Positions 1-10,471 of a stretch of 32,000 nt of DNA are shown one piece after another. The translations under genes and the position numbers were made by a program. Position 1 is the first letter of the stretch. The number at the start of each line of letters is the position of its first letter. The notes below the pieces were generated by a model, which searched no databases, was not told the origin of the DNA, and saw only the letters and a list, made by a program, of their open reading frames with translations. Location of the stretch: sequence record CAXNAH020000227.1. One strand, 5' to 3'.

Positions 1-23
1 TAAAATATCAAAATATTAAATTC

Positions 24-422
24 ATGTCACTTTATCCTAGCCAATTCATGCCAATTTTTGGTGGTAGTACTGGTGGTTGGCTACGTTCAGCCGAATTCGA
101 AGAAAAGTACGTTATTACTTGGAATTCTCCAAAAGAACAATTATTTGAGATGCCAACAGCAGGAACTGCATTAATGCTTTTAGGTCAGAATCTTTTATAT
201 CTTGCACGTAAAGAACAATGCTTAGCTCTAGGTACGCAATTAAGAAAATTTAAAATTAAAGATTATAAAATTTATAGAATTTTCCCGGGTGGAGAAATAC
301 AATTTTTGCATCCAAAGGATGGAGTATTTCCTGAAACTTCAAACGAAGGGCGAGTACCAGTAGGTAAAAGGGATTTTTCCATTGGAAAAAATCCTAACCC
401 TGCTTCTATTAAATGGAAATAA
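24..422 (+). CDS. psaD: Photosystem I subunit II (PsaD)
   Basis: 132-aa ORF with PsaD-typical stretches: [66 protein letters not shown]. Confidence 0.9.
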   Translation: MSLYPSQFMPIFGGSTGGWLRSAEFEEKYVITWNSPKEQLFEMPTAGTALMLLGQNLLYLARKEQCLALGTQLRKFKIKDYKIYRIFPGGEIQFLHPKDGVFPETSNEGRVPVGKRDFSIGKNPNPASIKWK

Positions 423-432
423 ATAAAAAATT

Positions 433-462
433 ATGCATGATAATTACTTTATTATCATGTAT
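433..462 (+). terminator. 3' stem-loop after psaD. The stem is 12 bp including one G-U, with a 6-nt loop.
   Basis: atgcatgataat (433-444) pairs with attatcatgtat (451-462), loop tacttt. It starts 11 nt after the psaD stop. It is more likely a plastid-type RNA 3'-end stabiliser than a true terminator. Confidence 0.4.
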
Positions 463-488
463 TCTTTTGGTCTAAATTAGACTTTTTT

Positions 489-576
489 GGAGAGATGGCA
501 GAGATGGTCGATTGCGTCTGATTTGAAATCAGATGAACGTTTACGCGTTCCGTGGGTTCGAATCCGACTCTCTCCT
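489..576 (+). tRNA. trnS: tRNA-Ser (anticodon UGA), class II with a long variable arm
   Basis: Acceptor ggagaga/tctctcc. Anticodon arm tctga-tttgaaa-tcaga, giving anticodon TGA. Variable-arm stem gaacg/cgttc. T-loop ttcgaat. The hand fold shows one G-G mismatch in the T stem. Confidence 0.85.
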
Positions 577-675
577 AATATTTTTTATACTTTTAAAAAA
601 CTTGCTTAAAAATACTATATTACTTTATATTATTCTTATACATTAATATATTATTTTTATTGGAGCTAATAGAAA

Positions 676-984
676 ATGGCAAATAGTAGATCTGCGAAAA
701 AACGAATTAAAATAAATAAAAGAAATAATATACAAAATAACACATATAAATCTTTAATAAAATATTATGAAAAAGTACACTTAAATCTTATCAACGAATA
801 TGAAAATAATGGTGATCTTATAGTAGGTCAATCCCCTTCGGATAGTGTTAAAAAGAAACTTTTAGGTTCATTAGCTTTAGTTGTAAGTCGAATTGATAAG
901 GCTGTTAAAAAAAAAATTTTTCATAAAAACACAGCGATTCGAAAAAAAAATAATTTATTCAAAAAAACTTTTAAAACTTCATAA
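676..984 (+). CDS. rps20: 30S ribosomal protein S20
   Basis: 102-aa basic ORF starting MANSRSAKKRIKINKRN, the S20 N-terminal signature. It sits upstream of rpoB as in red-lineage plastids. Confidence 0.85.
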   Translation: MANSRSAKKRIKINKRNNIQNNTYKSLIKYYEKVHLNLINEYENNGDLIVGQSPSDSVKKKLLGSLALVVSRIDKAVKKKIFHKNTAIRKKNNLFKKTFKTS

Positions 985-1019
985 TTGAAAATTATTATTA
1001 TAAAAAATTAAATAACTTA

Positions 1020-1071
1020 AATATCGAAATAATATTGTTAATACTGTTTAGTATAAAAAAATTTCGATATT
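1020..1071 (+). terminator. Stem-loop after rps20 with an 11-bp stem and a 30-nt loop that holds a small nested hairpin
   Basis: aatatcgaaat (1020-1030) pairs with atttcgatatt (1061-1071). A nested atact/agtat hairpin lies at 1041-1054. Confidence 0.3.
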
Positions 1072-1141
1072 ATTTACTCTCAATATCCCCTATAGATGCA
1101 TAATAACTATAATATATACATAATAAAAAGTTACATAATAT

Positions 1142-4100
1142 ATGAAAAATATTATAAAGAATAGAAAACAAAAATCCCCAATAATTCTACCAGATTTATC
1201 TGAAGTTCAACGAATAAGTTTTTGTTGGTTTTTAACAGAAGGATTACCAGAAGAATTAACAAATTGCCCTTCTATTTTAAATCAAAATAGTGGGATTGAA
1301 TTAATAATTTATGGCCAAGAATATAAAATATATTATCCTGGCTTTGCTTTACTAAATGCCTTAACAAAAAAAGGAAATTATAATTTACGAATTTATGTGT
1401 TAATGTCGCTCAAAAAAAATGAAATAATAAAAAAGGAAATAGTACAACCAGAGGACTTTTCTAGGAAAGAGCGAGTATTTTTTGGTGAAATACCTTTGCT
1501 TACGGAAAAAGGTACCTTTATATTTAATGGGTGTGAGAGGGTTATTATTAGCCAAATAATTAGAAGTCCGGGTGTTTATTATAAGCAAATTATAAAGGAG
1601 AAAAAAATTTTCTATGAAGGTACCATTATTTCAAAATATGGTTCATGGTTAACTTTTGAACTAGAATATAATTTAATTTGGGTTAAATTTGATAAACAAT
1701 ATAAAATCCCCATAAATTGGTTTTTGGTTGGGCTTTCACTAGAAGAGTCTGAAGTTTACCAAACTGTTCAAAATTTTAACTTTCTAATAAAAAGTTTATC
1801 AGCTATTCGTTTAGCCATTTTTGATAAGATGACCTCTAAATCAGAAAAAAATAAAGTTGTGGATAAAGAAAATCATGAAGCCTATAATAGAAATATTTTA
1901 TTAACTGTTTTTAGAGTACAAGAATTAATAAACCAACGTCTTTTAGATAAAAGTGTATATGATCTTGGTGAAGTTGGTCGGATTAAGCTTAATAAAAAGT
2001 TAGATATTGGTCTACCATTAAGTAGAAGGACTTTAACTTCTTTAGATATCTTAAAAGTTATTGATAAATTAATTCATATTAGTTTTCATAATGAGAAACT
2101 TGATGATATAGATAATTTAGAAAATAGAAGAGTTCGTTCAGTAGGAGAATTATTACAGCTTCAGGTACGTGTTGCTTTAGGGCGTATTAAAAAAAAAATC
2201 AATACAGATGAAAAATTAACATCTGAGATGTTTCGAATAAAAAAAAAGAAGAAATGTGCAGGGACGAAAAACTCTACACCTAAAAAAAATAAAAATACTA
2301 AAAAAAATCAATTAGGCAGAAAAAAAAAACCTCAGAAGGAAACACTAATGCCTAATGAATTATTAAATTCAAAAGTTTTAACATCTGTCATAAGAGAATT
2401 TTTCGGTTTAAGTCCTTTATCACAATATTTTGATGAAGTTAATGCTTTGGCTCAATTAACACATAAAAGAAGAATTAGCTCCTTAGGTCCAGGAGGTCTT
2501 AATAGTGAACATGTTAGTTTTGCTGCAAGAGATATTCACCCAACACAGTATGGGCGATTATGCCCCATTGAAACTCCAGAGGGACAAAAAGCAGGTTTAA
2601 TTGCTTCTTTAGCAACTCATGCCCGAATTAACAATTATGGTTTTATTACCACTCCTTTTTTTCGGGTATATAAAGGAAAAGTACTTTATGAATTAGGACC
2701 TGTTTATTTGACTGCTGAACAAGAAGCTACATATAATGTAGCTTCAGGCGATGTGTTATTAACAAGAGATGATTTTTTTAGAACTAAAATTGTTCCTGTG
2801 CGTTCATTTAATGAATTTATAACAGTGGATGCTATTAATGTTAATTTTTTAGCAGTTTCTCCAATACAAATACTGGCAGTAGGTGCTTCTTTAATACCAT
2901 TTTTAGAACATGATGATGCAAACCGTGCACTAATGGGCTCAAATATGCAAAGACAAGCAGTTCCATTATTATATCCTAAAAAACCTATTATTGGAACAGG
3001 TATTGAGCATCAAATTGCTGCAGATTCTCAAGTAGTTTTAATAAATTTACTAGATGGTATTATTGATTCAGTATGCTCAGATCGTATTACAATTATTGAT
3101 AATAAACATTTAGGAAGTTCTAAAATGTATTTTTTAGATAAATATCGCCGTTCAAATCAAGAAACTATAATTAATCAAAAGCCATTGATTTGGAATGGTG
3201 AGATTGTAGAACCTGGACAAATTATTGCCGATGGGCCTGGAACTGAAGGGGGAGAACTGGCATTAGGACAAAATTTAACAGTTGCCTATATGCCATGGGA
3301 TGGTTATAACTTCGAAGATGCTATTTTAGTTAGTGATAGATTAGTTCAGGATGATCTATTTACATCAATTCATATAGAAAAATATGAACTTCAGCTTATG
3401 GATGAAAGTGATACTAGAGAAGAAATCACAACATCAATTCCAAATATTGAAGAAGAAGAGATCATAAATCTGGATATGAATGGAATAATAAAAAAAGGAA
3501 CATTTGTTAATGGTGGTGATATTTTAGTTGGGAAAATTACTCCTATATTGGAAGAGGATGAATTACCTGAAAGCAAATTATTAAGAGCAATATTTAATAT
3601 TGAATCACCTGAACCCGAAGACTCTTCGTTGAGAGTCCCAAATGGTGTTTCTGGCCGTGTAATAGAGATACAAACAGCATCACGTGAAAAAGGTGATAAT
3701 TTAGGACCAGGCATATATGAGTGGGTTTGTATTTCAATAGCTCAAATAAAAAAAATCCGAATTGGGGATAAACTCTCTGGTCGGCATGGTAATAAAGGAG
3801 TTATTTCGAAAATAATTCCGACAGACGATATGCCATTCTTACCCGATGGAACAATAGTAGATGTTATATTAAATCCTCTAGGAGTTCCTTCACGAATGAA
3901 TGTAGGTCAAATTTTTGAATGTCTATTAGGTTTCGCTGGAGATTATTTAAACCGTAGATTTAAAGTCATACCTTTTGATGAAATGTATAAACCAAATGCT
4001 TCACGTATATTAATTAATAAGGCTTTAAAAAAAGCAGCCAAAGAAACTGATAAGTGTTGGCTTTTTAATAAATTTTCTCCTGGAAAAGTTTTATTAACTG

Positions 4101-4561
4101 ATGGAAGAACTGGTGATGTATTTGATAATTCAGTTTTAGTTGGAAAACCCTATATTTTGAAACTTATACATTTGGTCGACAAAAAAATGCATGCACGTTC
4201 AACAGGCTCTTATTCATTAGTGACACAACAACCCTTAGGAGGAAAATCAAAACATGGTGGGCAGAGATTTGGAGAAATGGAGGTTTGGGCTTTAGAAGCT
4301 TTCGGAGTGGCTTATACTTTACAAGAATTATTAACTATAAAGTCCGATGATATTAATGGACGACATGAGGTTTTTACTGCTATTATTAAAGGACATAATA
4401 TACCAGAACCAGGCATCCCCGAATCTTTTAATGTTTTGCTGAGAGAGTTAAATGCATTAGGATTAGATATGACGACCCATGAAATTGGTAAATTAAATAA
4501 TGGTGAAATAACATCCTATAAAGTTAATCTCTTAACTTTAATGAAGCCAAAAGTAGTCTAA
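1142..4561 (+). CDS. rpoB: RNA polymerase beta subunit
   Basis: 1139-aa ORF with canonical beta motifs: GRLCPIETPEGQKAGLI, NRALMGSNMQRQAVPL, GDKLSGRHGNKGVISKI, GGQRFGEMEVWALEAFG. Confidence 0.97.
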   Translation: MKNIIKNRKQKSPIILPDLSEVQRISFCWFLTEGLPEELTNCPSILNQNSGIELIIYGQEYKIYYPGFALLNALTKKGNYNLRIYVLMSLKKNEIIKKEIVQPEDFSRKERVFFGEIPLLTEKGTFIFNGCERVIISQIIRSPGVYYKQIIKEKKIFYEGTIISKYGSWLTFELEYNLIWVKFDKQYKIPINWFLVGLSLEESEVYQTVQNFNFLIKSLSAIRLAIFDKMTSKSEKNKVVDKENHEAYNRNILLTVFRVQELINQRLLDKSVYDLGEVGRIKLNKKLDIGLPLSRRTLTSLDILKVIDKLIHISFHNEKLDDIDNLENRRVRSVGELLQLQVRVALGRIKKKINTDEKLTSEMFRIKKKKKCAGTKNSTPKKNKNTKKNQLGRKKKPQKETLMPNELLNSKVLTSVIREFFGLSPLSQYFDEVNALAQLTHKRRISSLGPGGLNSEHVSFAARDIHPTQYGRLCPIETPEGQKAGLIASLATHARINNYGFITTPFFRVYKGKVLYELGPVYLTAEQEATYNVASGDVLLTRDDFFRTKIVPVRSFNEFITVDAINVNFLAVSPIQILAVGASLIPFLEHDDANRALMGSNMQRQAVPLLYPKKPIIGTGIEHQIAADSQVVLINLLDGIIDSVCSDRITIIDNKHLGSSKMYFLDKYRRSNQETIINQKPLIWNGEIVEPGQIIADGPGTEGGELALGQNLTVAYMPWDGYNFEDAILVSDRLVQDDLFTSIHIEKYELQLMDESDTREEITTSIPNIEEEEIINLDMNGIIKKGTFVNGGDILVGKITPILEEDELPESKLLRAIFNIESPEPEDSSLRVPNGVSGRVIEIQTASREKGDNLGPGIYEWVCISIAQIKKIRIGDKLSGRHGNKGVISKIIPTDDMPFLPDGTIVDVILNPLGVPSRMNVGQIFECLLGFAGDYLNRRFKVIPFDEMYKPNASRILINKALKKAAKETDKCWLFNKFSPGKVLLTDGRTGDVFDNSVLVGKPYILKLIHLVDKKMHARSTGSYSLVTQQPLGGKSKHGGQRFGEMEVWALEAFGVAYTLQELLTIKSDDINGRHEVFTAIIKGHNIPEPGIPESFNVLLRELNALGLDMTTHEIGKLNNGEITSYKVNLLTLMKPKVV

Positions 4562-4609
4562 ATATTGAGTATGTTTTAAAAATTTAAAATAAAAATAGTT
4601 ATATAAAAA

Positions 4610-6466
4610 ATGAAAAATTTAAAACAAAAATTTGATTATGTAAAAATTAATTTAGCTTCGCCTGAACGTATTAAAGAATGGGCTGAAAAAACCTTACCTA
4701 ATGGAGAAATTGTAGGTGAAGTAACTCAACCAGAAACAATTAATTATCGTACCCATAAACCTGAAAAAGGGGGGTTATTTTGTGAAAAAATATTTGGGCC
4801 TGTCAAAAATTGGGAATGTACTTGTGGTTTACATAAATATAAAGAAAAAAATGTTTTTTTTTGCGAAGTTTGTGGTGTAGAGTTAACTGAATCTAGAGTT
4901 CGTAGACATCGTATGGGGTACATTAAATTATTATCTCCTGTTGTTCATATTTGGTATCTCAAAGGGTCACCAAGTCTTCTTTCAGCTATGTTAGCTTCCC
5001 CGATAAGTAAGTTAGAAGCTGTTATTTATAATGGGAAAAAACCAGATCAAGACGAAGACCTCGCTGAATCTGAGCAGGTTTTTTTATCATCTTTTTATGA
5101 CACTGAAGGTGAAGGTTTTCATTATGGTAAAAAACGCCAAGGTGCTGAAATCCTTTATCATAGGTTAAAAAAAATTGATTTAAAAACGGAAATTGAAGTA
5201 AACCGAAATGTAATGTTTTTTTCTGAAGTAAAAAAAAAAGTCGAAGTTGCTATTAAAAAAATTCGTATATTTGAAAATTTTTTAACTACAGGTACTCGAC
5301 CAGAATGGATGGTACTACATTTCATTCCTGTTCTTCCACCTGGAATTCGTCCTATTGTAAAATTAGATAACGGAAGATTTGCAACTTCAGATTTAAATGA
5401 ACTTTATCGAAAAATTATTATTAGAAATAAGAGACTAAAAAGGTTATTATCTGTTCATGCCCCCCGTGTTGTTGTTTTAACAGAAAAACGAATGATTCAA
5501 GAAGCAGTAGATACACTTATTGACAATGGTAAGCGAGGATCAAAAATACTAGACGCAAATAAAAGACCTTTAAAATCATTAGCTGATATTATTGAAGGTA
5601 AGCAGGGTAGGTTCAGACAGAATTTGTTAGGAAAACGGGTAGACTATTCTGGTCGTTCAGTAATTATTGTAGGTCCTCATCTTAAATTAAACCAATGTGG
5701 TTTACCTTACGAAATGGCAATTGAATTATTTTTGCCATTCATTATTTATAGACTATTATCTCAGGGGTTATCACATTCAATAAAAAGAGCTAAAAAAATT
5801 ATTTATAGTAATGAGCCTTTTATTTGGTATTTAACTGAGGAAATTTTACAAAAACATCCTATTATTTTAAACCGGGCACCAACTTTACATCGTTTGGGGG
5901 TTCAAGCTTTTGACCCAGTATTAGTAAGAGGACGTTCTATCCAATTACATCCTCTCGTCTGTTCATCTTTTAATGCGGATTTTGATGGTGATCAAATGGC
6001 TGTTCATATTCCTTTATCTTTTGAATCTCAATTAGAAACAAGATTATGCTTGTTAGCTCCGAATAATTTTTTATCAGCTTCCAGTGGTGAACCAACAATT
6101 CAACCCTCACAGGATATGGTTTTAGGGTTTTATTATTTAACTACTCAAAATCGAAAAAATTTGTGTGGTTCAAATAATTATTTTTCAAACTTTAATGAAG
6201 TAATATCTGCTTATCAACAAAAACAAGTACAAATTCATTCGTCTATTTGGGTACGCTGCCCAAATGAGATAAATTTAGATAGCCCCTTAAAGTTTATTAA
6301 GAAAATTAATTTACCTAACAATAATACTCTTACTATTTATAATAACTTACAACGTAAAGAAACAACAGGTGGGGAATTATTAGTGCAGTTTCTTCGTACA
6401 ACTCCAGGTCGTATTATTTTTAATCAATGTGTGAATGATATATTAAATAAATCAGAGGTGAAATAA
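4610..6466 (+). CDS. rpoC1: RNA polymerase beta' subunit, N-terminal part (cyanobacterial/plastid gamma type)
   Basis: 618 aa. It has the Zn-finger CTCG...CEVCGVE, the catalytic NADFDGDQMAVH motif and NRAPTLHRLGVQAF. Confidence 0.97.
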   Translation: MKNLKQKFDYVKINLASPERIKEWAEKTLPNGEIVGEVTQPETINYRTHKPEKGGLFCEKIFGPVKNWECTCGLHKYKEKNVFFCEVCGVELTESRVRRHRMGYIKLLSPVVHIWYLKGSPSLLSAMLASPISKLEAVIYNGKKPDQDEDLAESEQVFLSSFYDTEGEGFHYGKKRQGAEILYHRLKKIDLKTEIEVNRNVMFFSEVKKKVEVAIKKIRIFENFLTTGTRPEWMVLHFIPVLPPGIRPIVKLDNGRFATSDLNELYRKIIIRNKRLKRLLSVHAPRVVVLTEKRMIQEAVDTLIDNGKRGSKILDANKRPLKSLADIIEGKQGRFRQNLLGKRVDYSGRSVIIVGPHLKLNQCGLPYEMAIELFLPFIIYRLLSQGLSHSIKRAKKIIYSNEPFIWYLTEEILQKHPIILNRAPTLHRLGVQAFDPVLVRGRSIQLHPLVCSSFNADFDGDQMAVHIPLSFESQLETRLCLLAPNNFLSASSGEPTIQPSQDMVLGFYYLTTQNRKNLCGSNNYFSNFNEVISAYQQKQVQIHSSIWVRCPNEINLDSPLKFIKKINLPNNNTLTIYNNLQRKETTGGELLVQFLRTTPGRIIFNQCVNDILNKSEVK

Positions 6467-6467
6467 A

Positions 6468-9400
6468 ATGTTAAAACGATCAAACATTTTTTCAAATAAT
6501 ACAATTAATAAAAAAGAGCTAAAAAAAATTATTGAATGGGCCTTTAAAAATTATGGTCAAAGAAAAGCTGCATATTTTGTTGACCAATTAAAAGAAATGG
6601 GATTTGAGTATGCTACGAAATCTGGTATTTCAATAAGTATTGAAGATTTGAGAATACCACCTGTAAAGATTGATCTTATGCGTAGAGCATCTTTCGATGC
6701 TTTTTTAACTGAAGCTCAGGCAAAAAATGGTGAAATTACAGAAGTTGAAAGGTTTCAGAGGATTATTTATATTTGGAATACAACGAGTGAAGAATTAAAA
6801 GAGCGACTTATAGAGTTTTTTAAAAAAACTGATCCCTTGAATTCTGTATATATTATGGCCTTTTCAGGGGCACGTGGTAATATAGCACAGGTTCGACAGT
6901 TAGTTGGTATGCGAGGTTTAATGTCCGATCCTAGTGGTAGAATTATTGATAGGGCAATTGGAGCAAATTTTCGAGAAGGATTGTCAATAACAGATTATAT
7001 TATCTCCTCTTATGGCGCTAGAAAAGGTTTAGTTGATACCGCTATAAAAACTGCAGATTCTGGATATCTAACAAGAAGACTTGTTGAAGTTGCACAAAGT
7101 ATTATAATCAGTGAATTAGATTGTAAAACTGAAAGAGGAATTTTTTTACAGGAAAGTGTAAAAGATAAAGATGAAAAGGGATTTTTACCTCTAACAGAAC
7201 TTCTTAATGGGAGAGTTTTAGCTTCTTCGATATTTAAACCTGGAACTAAAAAAATTATTGCGTTCAGAAATCAAGAAATCACCTCTTCTCTTGTAGAAAG
7301 TTTAATTAAAGCTAATATTACTAAAGTCCTCGTTCGATCTCCACTCACTTGCGAATGTAGAAGAGCAGTTTGCCAACATTGTTATGGTTGGAATTTAGCT
7401 TTAGGTAATTTAGTTGAGTTAGGGGAAACAGTTGGTTTAATTGCAGCACAATCAATTGGTGAGCCAGGAACACAACTGACAATGCGGACATTTCATACAG
7501 GAGGGGTTTTCACAAGTGAATTAATTCGTCAAGGACGTGTAAATTATTCAGGTTATTTAGATTTTATGTCCGAGTTAAAACTATGCCCATACCGAACTGA
7601 ATATGGTCAGGCTGCTTTATTAAGTGAAAATAATTCTTGGTTAGGAATCATTACTTATGAAAATAAAATTATAAGACTACCAATTCTAGAGGATACAATA
7701 ATTTTTTCTAAAAATCATAAGTATATTACGGATAATCAAGTTTTATTGGAAGCAGCACCTAAAATGAAAGAAATGACTCTTGGGGAAAAAGAAATAAAAT
7801 ATGTTAACGCACGACACCCTGGTCAAATTTTTTTAGAAGAAAATAGTTGTCCACAGGATTTTCGGACACAAAATATTGCAGAGTTTAAAAAACGAGGTCA
7901 AAAAAATTATAGCTTTTGGGTTTTGTCAGGAGAAGTCTTACCAACAGCATTTGATACAATAATAAGAGCAAGAATACTAGAAAAAATTTATAAAGATCAG
8001 TCTATCGCACAATCTAAAATAGTTACAACTATAGGAGGGTTTGTTAGGTTTTCTAGAAATAAATTAACCCAAGAATTACTTGGACTAAAAACTCAAAATA
8101 CTACTCGTGAACAAAGTATTTTAAAAATTTTTATTGAGAGTAATCATATTGAAATTTCTAACTGTAAAGTCTATTTATCACATACTTACCAGATTATATT
8201 AAAACCACAATTAATAAATAAGCGATTATTTTCTTTTGGTTCTTTATGCAATAACAAATATAAAACAAAAACTGGTGGTAATTTTTATATTTCTAATCTT
8301 TATAAACCAAGACCAATAGGGAAAAAATTAAATAACAAAGTAAAATCTGGCTCAACAATTTTTTATTTACCAAAAGCAACAATTCGAACAGGATCAAATG
8401 AAAAGGAGTTTAAATTTAAGAAAGGTAATTATGTAAAAAAACATGATGAAATTTTCCCTGATTATTTTATTTCGGTAAATGGGTTTATTGATTTTGACAT
8501 TGCGGAACAAACAAAATCTATAACGATTAAACCAGGTGAAAAATATAGAGTAGATAAAGAATTAAAATTTTATACAGATCTTAATGAACAAATTTATTAT
8601 CCTGGTGAATTGATCTTAGATAAGTTTAAAGTTGCCGTTTTAAGCTATATCGAATTTGAGAGTAATGATGGAAAAACTTTTTTGTATATCCGCCCTATAA
8701 CTCGTTACGAGTTTACAAATGAGCAGCCACGTCAATTTTTAAATTCAAATTATTTTGCACCACTAAATTTAATTGTTGAAGATTTTAAGGTACAGATTAT
8801 ATCAGGTCAAGAAATTAAAATTGATAAACCGATACAATTTATTGAATCACCTTTAATAATTGATTATTCTCTAGATTTAGATGACACAGAATTGGTTTTT
8901 GAGTTTAAAAAACCCGAAAAAAAAAATTCTCCTAGTAAAATTAATTTTCTTTATTCTCAAATTTGTCTTTTTGATACTGTAATCCCAAAAGAAATTAAAA
9001 AGACTGATATAGAGGTAAATTTACTTGTCGAAGAAAAACAATTTACTGATCCTTATACTATTATTGGAGCATTTGATACTTTATCGCCATTTAATAATAC
9101 TGTTTTAAGTATTAAAAAAAAATGTAACAGGGTAAGGTCAGAAATATTGTTGACAACAAAAACTGATTATCGAGAAATTTTTCTAGATAGTTTTAACCAT
9201 AAATATGAAGAAAAGAAATTTTTTAAAACTAATAAATTATTTAATAATGGCATTATAATTAAAGAAGATGGTTTACTAAAAGAGGTTAAAGGTAATAAGT
9301 TCGTTTTACATTTAGGTCAATCATATTTTTTCTCGACTGGAGCTTTAGTTCGAAAAATACCTGGTGATTACATTCGACGTCAAGAAACTTTAGGACAATT

Positions 9401-10304
9401 AATATTTGAACGATTAATTACGGGTGATATTGTTCAAGGATTACCAAAAATTAATAATATTTTAGAAGCTCGTAAGCCTAAAATAGAATCTTTACTTTCA
9501 ACAAGACCAGGCTTTATTAATTCGATTAGATATACTTCGAATTTTATTGTAATAGGTACAAAACCATCTATAAAAAATGATTACTATAAAGCTTCACGCT
9601 CTCAAAGATTAGTGGTTCGAAAGTATGAGTCTGTATCTGTTGGCCAACCTTTAACACAAGGTTCTTTAAATCCTCATACTCTTCTCCATGTATATTTTCG
9701 CTACTTTTGTTCTTTAGGTCTATTATCGACTTACGAATCAGCTTATCGTAGCCTTAAAAAGTTGCAAGGGTTATTATTAACATCGGTTCAAGCTATCTAT
9801 GTGTCCCAAGGGGTTATGATTTCTAGTAAGCATGTAGAATTAATTGTTCGCGAAATGACTCATAAAGTTTATGTTGAATCTCCTGGTAAAACGAATTTTT
9901 TGCCTGGCGATATTATAGACTTAGAGCAAGCACAGTATATTAATCTCTGCATCAAAAATAATAATCAATTAGGTTTCCGACCTATTTTACTAGGAATTAC
10001 CAAATCCTCATTAAAAACAGATAGTTTTTTGGCTGCGGCAAGTTTCCAAGAAACTACAAGGGTTTTAACAGGAGCGGCTATTCAAGGGAAAACAGATTGG
10101 CTTCGGGGATTAAAAGAAAATGCTATAACAGGAAGATTAATTCCTGCAGGTACAGGGTTTTATATTAATAAAGATATTACCTTTACAAAAGTTTTAGTAC
10201 CGAAAAAGTTAGCCAACAAAGAACAGAATTTAACCTTAAAAGCACAATTAAAAGTAAAAGAGGCCAAATTAAAAAAATTAGTACGATTTAAATATAATAA
10301 ATAG
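6468..10304 (+). CDS. rpoC2: RNA polymerase beta'' subunit
   Basis: 1278 aa starting 1 nt after the rpoC1 stop. Conserved blocks are MAFSGARGN, GLVDTAIKTADSGYLTRRLV, AAQSIGEPGTQLTMRTFHTGGV and AASFQETTRVLT. The long variable central region is typical of beta''. Confidence 0.95.
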   Translation: MLKRSNIFSNNTINKKELKKIIEWAFKNYGQRKAAYFVDQLKEMGFEYATKSGISISIEDLRIPPVKIDLMRRASFDAFLTEAQAKNGEITEVERFQRIIYIWNTTSEELKERLIEFFKKTDPLNSVYIMAFSGARGNIAQVRQLVGMRGLMSDPSGRIIDRAIGANFREGLSITDYIISSYGARKGLVDTAIKTADSGYLTRRLVEVAQSIIISELDCKTERGIFLQESVKDKDEKGFLPLTELLNGRVLASSIFKPGTKKIIAFRNQEITSSLVESLIKANITKVLVRSPLTCECRRAVCQHCYGWNLALGNLVELGETVGLIAAQSIGEPGTQLTMRTFHTGGVFTSELIRQGRVNYSGYLDFMSELKLCPYRTEYGQAALLSENNSWLGIITYENKIIRLPILEDTIIFSKNHKYITDNQVLLEAAPKMKEMTLGEKEIKYVNARHPGQIFLEENSCPQDFRTQNIAEFKKRGQKNYSFWVLSGEVLPTAFDTIIRARILEKIYKDQSIAQSKIVTTIGGFVRFSRNKLTQELLGLKTQNTTREQSILKIFIESNHIEISNCKVYLSHTYQIILKPQLINKRLFSFGSLCNNKYKTKTGGNFYISNLYKPRPIGKKLNNKVKSGSTIFYLPKATIRTGSNEKEFKFKKGNYVKKHDEIFPDYFISVNGFIDFDIAEQTKSITIKPGEKYRVDKELKFYTDLNEQIYYPGELILDKFKVAVLSYIEFESNDGKTFLYIRPITRYEFTNEQPRQFLNSNYFAPLNLIVEDFKVQIISGQEIKIDKPIQFIESPLIIDYSLDLDDTELVFEFKKPEKKNSPSKINFLYSQICLFDTVIPKEIKKTDIEVNLLVEEKQFTDPYTIIGAFDTLSPFNNTVLSIKKKCNRVRSEILLTTKTDYREIFLDSFNHKYEEKKFFKTNKLFNNGIIIKEDGLLKEVKGNKFVLHLGQSYFFSTGALVRKIPGDYIRRQETLGQLIFERLITGDIVQGLPKINNILEARKPKIESLLSTRPGFINSIRYTSNFIVIGTKPSIKNDYYKASRSQRLVVRKYESVSVGQPLTQGSLNPHTLLHVYFRYFCSLGLLSTYESAYRSLKKLQGLLLTSVQAIYVSQGVMISSKHVELIVREMTHKVYVESPGKTNFLPGDIIDLEQAQYINLCIKNNNQLGFRPILLGITKSSLKTDSFLAAASFQETTRVLTGAAIQGKTDWLRGLKENAITGRLIPAGTGFYINKDITFTKVLVPKKLANKEQNLTLKAQLKVKEAKLKKLVRFKYNK

Positions 10305-10471
10305 ATTGTTTTTACTGCTTAATGATAAATTTAATTAAAAGAGTAAACATCTGCTATACTAATCAATATAGATATCAAAACAATAATAATTATTATTTAA
10401 TATAAAGAGTTGGTTTAAAACATTAATTGAAACTGAGTAACATATTTTAAAATAAAAAGGATAATTATTTT

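Noticed and set aside
1400-3714. Minus-strand ORFs 1400-1588 (62 aa) and 3391-3714 (107 aa) inside rpoB
   Set aside because: They lie fully within and antisense to the strongly conserved rpoB frame. Their products are low-complexity (F/Y/L/S-rich) with no recognisable family. They are typical shadow ORFs.
7700-9300. Long, poorly conserved-looking K/N/I-rich central region of rpoC2 that might be a foreign insertion or a fused ORF
   Set aside because: Cyanobacterial and plastid beta'' subunits are known to carry a large lineage-variable insertion in this part of the protein. The frame is continuous and flanked by canonical beta'' blocks.
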